Origin: Spirochaetia bacterium UBA2205
GTDB taxonomy: Bacteria; Spirochaetota; UBA4802; UB4802
Direction: 5' to 3'
NCBI GenBank assembly: GCA_002328585.1
Contig: DCUV01000014.1
Coordinates: 31,893 to 95,892, forward strand
DNA: 64,000 bases
Shown: positions 60,928 to 64,000 of the stretch, one piece after another
Layout: each line of letters starts with the position of its first letter
Position numbering within the stretch: position 1 is the stretch's first letter
Program-made: the position numbers and the translations under genes
The notes under the pieces: model-generated
Told to the model about the DNA's origin: nothing
The model's input: only the letters and a program-made list of their open reading frames with translations
Database searches by the model: none

Positions 60928-62847
60928 ATGAACAAAGCTGCAAAACAGATTGCTCTTCTTCTCCTTATCGTTGTGTTAGCTATAGCGATATTCAGGATGA
61001 ATGAAATAAATTCTCAGAAGGTTGAGCAACTACAATATAGTGATTTCATCAAGAAAGTATACGAAAATAAGGTAAAATCGGTTACCATCGTTAACGGTAA
61101 AAAAATAGAAGGCGCGTATACCAAGGGTGATAAGGTTTATCTCTTTGAGACAGTTATTCCCTATGCAGACCCTGAATTGATTAAAACGCTTATCAATAAT
61201 AAGGTGGAGATTAAAGGCGAAGAGGTTGATGATAATTTCTTCTGGAAGGGTTTACTTAATTTCCTCCCATGGTTGCTATTTTTTGGATTTATCTGGTTTT
61301 TCATGATACGACAGATACAGTCAACCGGTAACAAAGCTATGAGTTTTGGCAAGGTAAGAGCAAAATTACAGCCGGAGACAAAGAACAAGGTGACCTTTAC
61401 TGATGTTGCAGGAGTGGATGAAGCAAAAATTGAACTGCAGGAGATTATTGAATTTTTAAAAGATCCTAAAAAATTCGTCACAATTGGAGCAAAAATTCCC
61501 AAGGGTGTTCTTCTGGTTGGCCCTCCGGGAACTGGTAAAACATTGCTGGCACGTGCAGTTGCCGGGGAAGCAGGCGTACCATTTTTTTCCATCAGCGGTT
61601 CTGATTTTGTAGAGATGTTTGTTGGTGTTGGCGCTTCGCGAGTTCGTGATCTTTTTGAACAGGGTAAACGTAATGCTCCCTGCATCATTTTTATTGATGA
61701 GATAGATGCTGTTGGCAGATTGCGTGGAGCAGGATTGGGTGGAGGCCATGATGAACGAGAGCAGACATTAAATCAATTACTGGTTGAAATGGATGGCTTT
61801 GAAACCAATGAAGGCGTGATTATTGTTGCAGCAACAAACCGTCCTGATGTTCTTGACCCGGCATTACTGCGTCCAGGGCGATTTGATCGTCAGGTTGTTG
61901 TGGATATACCTGATATCAAAGGCAGGGAAAAGATACTGGCTGTTCATACGCGCAAAATTCCACTGGCAAAGGATGTAGACCTCAAGGTTATTGCTCGTGG
62001 AACGCCTGGATTTACCGGCGCTGATTTAGCAAATCTTGTTAATGAAGCAGCACTGCTGACTGCGCGAAGAAATAAAAAGCGTGTAACAATGCTTGAAATG
62101 GAAGATGCTAAGGACAAGGTATTGATGGGACCAGAACGTAAATCAGTGCTTATTTCAGCAGAGGAGAAAAAAGTCATTGCATACCATGAAGCCGGACATA
62201 CTATTCTGGGTATCATGGCAGGAACTGACCCCGTTCATAAAGTTACCGTAATACCACGTGGCCGTGCACTGGGATTAACAATGCATTTGCCAAAAGAGGA
62301 ACGACATCTCCATAATAAAGAATACTGGCTTGATCAGATAACAATATTGTTTGGCGGCCATGTAGCTGAAAAGATAAAATTTGGACAGGTTACCACGGGT
62401 GCAAGCAATGATATAGAGCGTGCCACTGATATTGCACGAAGGATGGTTTGTGAGTGGGGGATGAGTGAAACGTTAGGTCCTCTTGCTTTTGGTAAAAAAA
62501 GCGAACAAATCTTTCTTGCACGAGAGATAGCTCAACACAGAGACTACAGTGAGCAAACAGCGCAGCTCATTGATAAAGAAGTACATGAAATAGTTACAAG
62601 CTGCCGTGATAGAGCTATTGCAATAATTGAAGAACATGCTGACAAATTTGAACTCATAGCAACAAACCTTATTGAACGCGAAACACTGAATGCACAGGAA
62701 ATTGAACTGTTAATGAAAGGAGAACCATTGCCGCCAATTCATAACGGTGATAGTGAACCTCCTGATGAAGATGAACCAAAGGTTGGAAAAGCAAAAAGAA
62801 AAACTGTAGCCAAACCATTGTTGGATAAAGAAATAATTCCGACATAG
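60928..62847 (+). CDS. ftsH: ATP-dependent zinc metalloprotease FtsH
   Basis: Two TMs, [19 protein letters not shown]. Confidence 0.97.
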   Translation: MNKAAKQIALLLLIVVLAIAIFRMNEINSQKVEQLQYSDFIKKVYENKVKSVTIVNGKKIEGAYTKGDKVYLFETVIPYADPELIKTLINNKVEIKGEEVDDNFFWKGLLNFLPWLLFFGFIWFFMIRQIQSTGNKAMSFGKVRAKLQPETKNKVTFTDVAGVDEAKIELQEIIEFLKDPKKFVTIGAKIPKGVLLVGPPGTGKTLLARAVAGEAGVPFFSISGSDFVEMFVGVGASRVRDLFEQGKRNAPCIIFIDEIDAVGRLRGAGLGGGHDEREQTLNQLLVEMDGFETNEGVIIVAATNRPDVLDPALLRPGRFDRQVVVDIPDIKGREKILAVHTRKIPLAKDVDLKVIARGTPGFTGADLANLVNEAALLTARRNKKRVTMLEMEDAKDKVLMGPERKSVLISAEEKKVIAYHEAGHTILGIMAGTDPVHKVTVIPRGRALGLTMHLPKEERHLHNKEYWLDQITILFGGHVAEKIKFGQVTTGASNDIERATDIARRMVCEWGMSETLGPLAFGKKSEQIFLAREIAQHRDYSEQTAQLIDKEVHEIVTSCRDRAIAIIEEHADKFELIATNLIERETLNAQEIELLMKGEPLPPIHNGDSEPPDEDEPKVGKAKRKTVAKPLLDKEIIPT

Positions 62848-62864
62848 ATATTTTTGAGGTTAGC

Positions 62865-64000
62865 ATGATTGATGATGAATTGGACAGGATATTGCAGGAC
62901 ATTGAACCCGAACAGGATTATCTAACAAAAAAAGTAAAACATAGTCATAAATACGAAGAATATATACTTGATGAAATAAGTGACGATAATAAAGAAATAG
63001 TCCATACCCCTGAAAGAAAAGAAGTATCATTGATTTCAAAGCATTTTGTAAATGGTTTTGTTAACGGTATCCATCGTCATATAGAATTATCCCGTTCAAT
63101 TCGTTCGCGTATGGATATAGCTGAAATTCCTGAACAAATTGTTCCAATTTTAAAAAAATCATCCTATGCTATTTTTAAACTTATTGAAGATATTGAGATT
63201 TCATCAGATAAATGTATTAACGAGATCAATGAAACCAATTTAAAGAGGAGGGCAACAAAGGATTTTCCGCTTTATTTCCCTGATGATTTTCCTGATGATA
63301 ACAGGGTGGATTTTATTGTGCTTAAAGATACTTATTTATTGCTACGAATATTTAATAGCCAGGTAAAGAAGGATTGGGTTGAATTAGAAAAACAAACATC
63401 AGTGTTTAATTTTTCTGAAGGCGGTAAGCAGTTATCATTTCAGTTGAATGATAGTATTGCTGAAGCTTTACAGTTGTGCAAGGCAACCGATATTTTAATT
63501 GAGTTAATTGCCAATCATTTAGGATTGCTTCCCCATTATTACAATGCACCAGATGCCGAAATTAAATCAAGAATTCAGTTTTCTGAATTTAAATCCTATA
63601 CGTTACAATCAATACTTGATGGTATTCACAAAGATGAAAATGATAACCAGTCAATTGAATCAGAACTGCAAACATTGCAGGCAGATTCATCTGATGATTC
63701 AATAAATGAAAAGTTTCAAGACGAAAAACTGAATCCCCATCCTCATGGGGTAGAATCAAAAAAAATATTTTATCACAATGATCAAAATAATGCATCAGCC
63801 AAACAAGCTAACGTTTTTTTTACCGTTAAAGGCAGCAAACCATGGAATACACGCGATCCCTATATTCTTCCAGTTGATGAAAATGTTTTGCTTGTTGAAG
63901 AGGAAGATCTTGAATATATGGTTTATTATTCCAAAACATCAATGAATGAAGAGCAAATTAAAGCCGAATTACGAAGGGCTTTGTTAAAATTAACTATCGA
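62865..64000 (+). CDS. Hypothetical protein, truncated by the window end
   Basis: GAGG RBS and ATG 62865; frame read open to 64000 with no stop, so absent from the ORF track. Confidence 0.75.
   Translation, partial: MIDDELDRILQDIEPEQDYLTKKVKHSHKYEEYILDEISDDNKEIVHTPERKEVSLISKHFVNGFVNGIHRHIELSRSIRSRMDIAEIPEQIVPILKKSSYAIFKLIEDIEISSDKCINEINETNLKRRATKDFPLYFPDDFPDDNRVDFIVLKDTYLLLRIFNSQVKKDWVELEKQTSVFNFSEGGKQLSFQLNDSIAEALQLCKATDILIELIANHLGLLPHYYNAPDAEIKSRIQFSEFKSYTLQSILDGIHKDENDNQSIESELQTLQADSSDDSINEKFQDEKLNPHPHGVESKKIFYHNDQNNASAKQANVFFTVKGSKPWNTRDPYILPVDENVLLVEEEDLEYMVYYSKTSMNEEQIKAELRRALLKLTI

Noticed and set aside
10603-63795. Many short antisense or alternate-frame ORFs in the track (e.g. 25211-27181 inside carB, 61161-62216 inside ftsH)
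   Set aside because: They overlap well-supported genes and have no motifs; they are shadow ORFs.

Overview
Low-GC bacterial chromosomal window. It is probably from an anaerobic, diderm, flagellated organism, and the gene content looks Spirochaetota-like (inference). Bases 1-9.9 kb are an AT-rich defence region: the 3' half of a type I-B CRISPR-Cas locus (cas5, cas3, two non-cas genes, cas4, cas1, cas2), a CRISPR array (29-bp repeat, 11 full repeats, 11 normal spacers) and a Panacea/PemK-like toxin-antitoxin pair. The standout feature is a family of inverted-repeat-bounded elements inside the array. Each follows a repeat cut at exactly nt 23 and, when complete, is followed by a new repeat start. 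One 470-bp element carries a four-helix-bundle (23S-IVP/Avd-like) gene, three 199-bp elements have the same arms but no gene, and a fifth is truncated. A degenerate repeat/36-nt/degenerate repeat unit lies between cas1 and cas2. An 11-mer, AGTAACTATCG, is strongly over-represented across the window. The remaining ~54 kb is mostly housekeeping: a methanogen-type homocysteine operon, rnfB-fliG-rsmA, ino1, carB, CIRCE-hrcA-grpE-dnaK-dnaJ, hisBHA, tRNA-Ile2, rplU-prp-rpmA, obgE, proB, secA, aspS, phoH-HD-ybeY, pgm, tilS and ftsH. All counts and alignments were done by eye; no database search was run.
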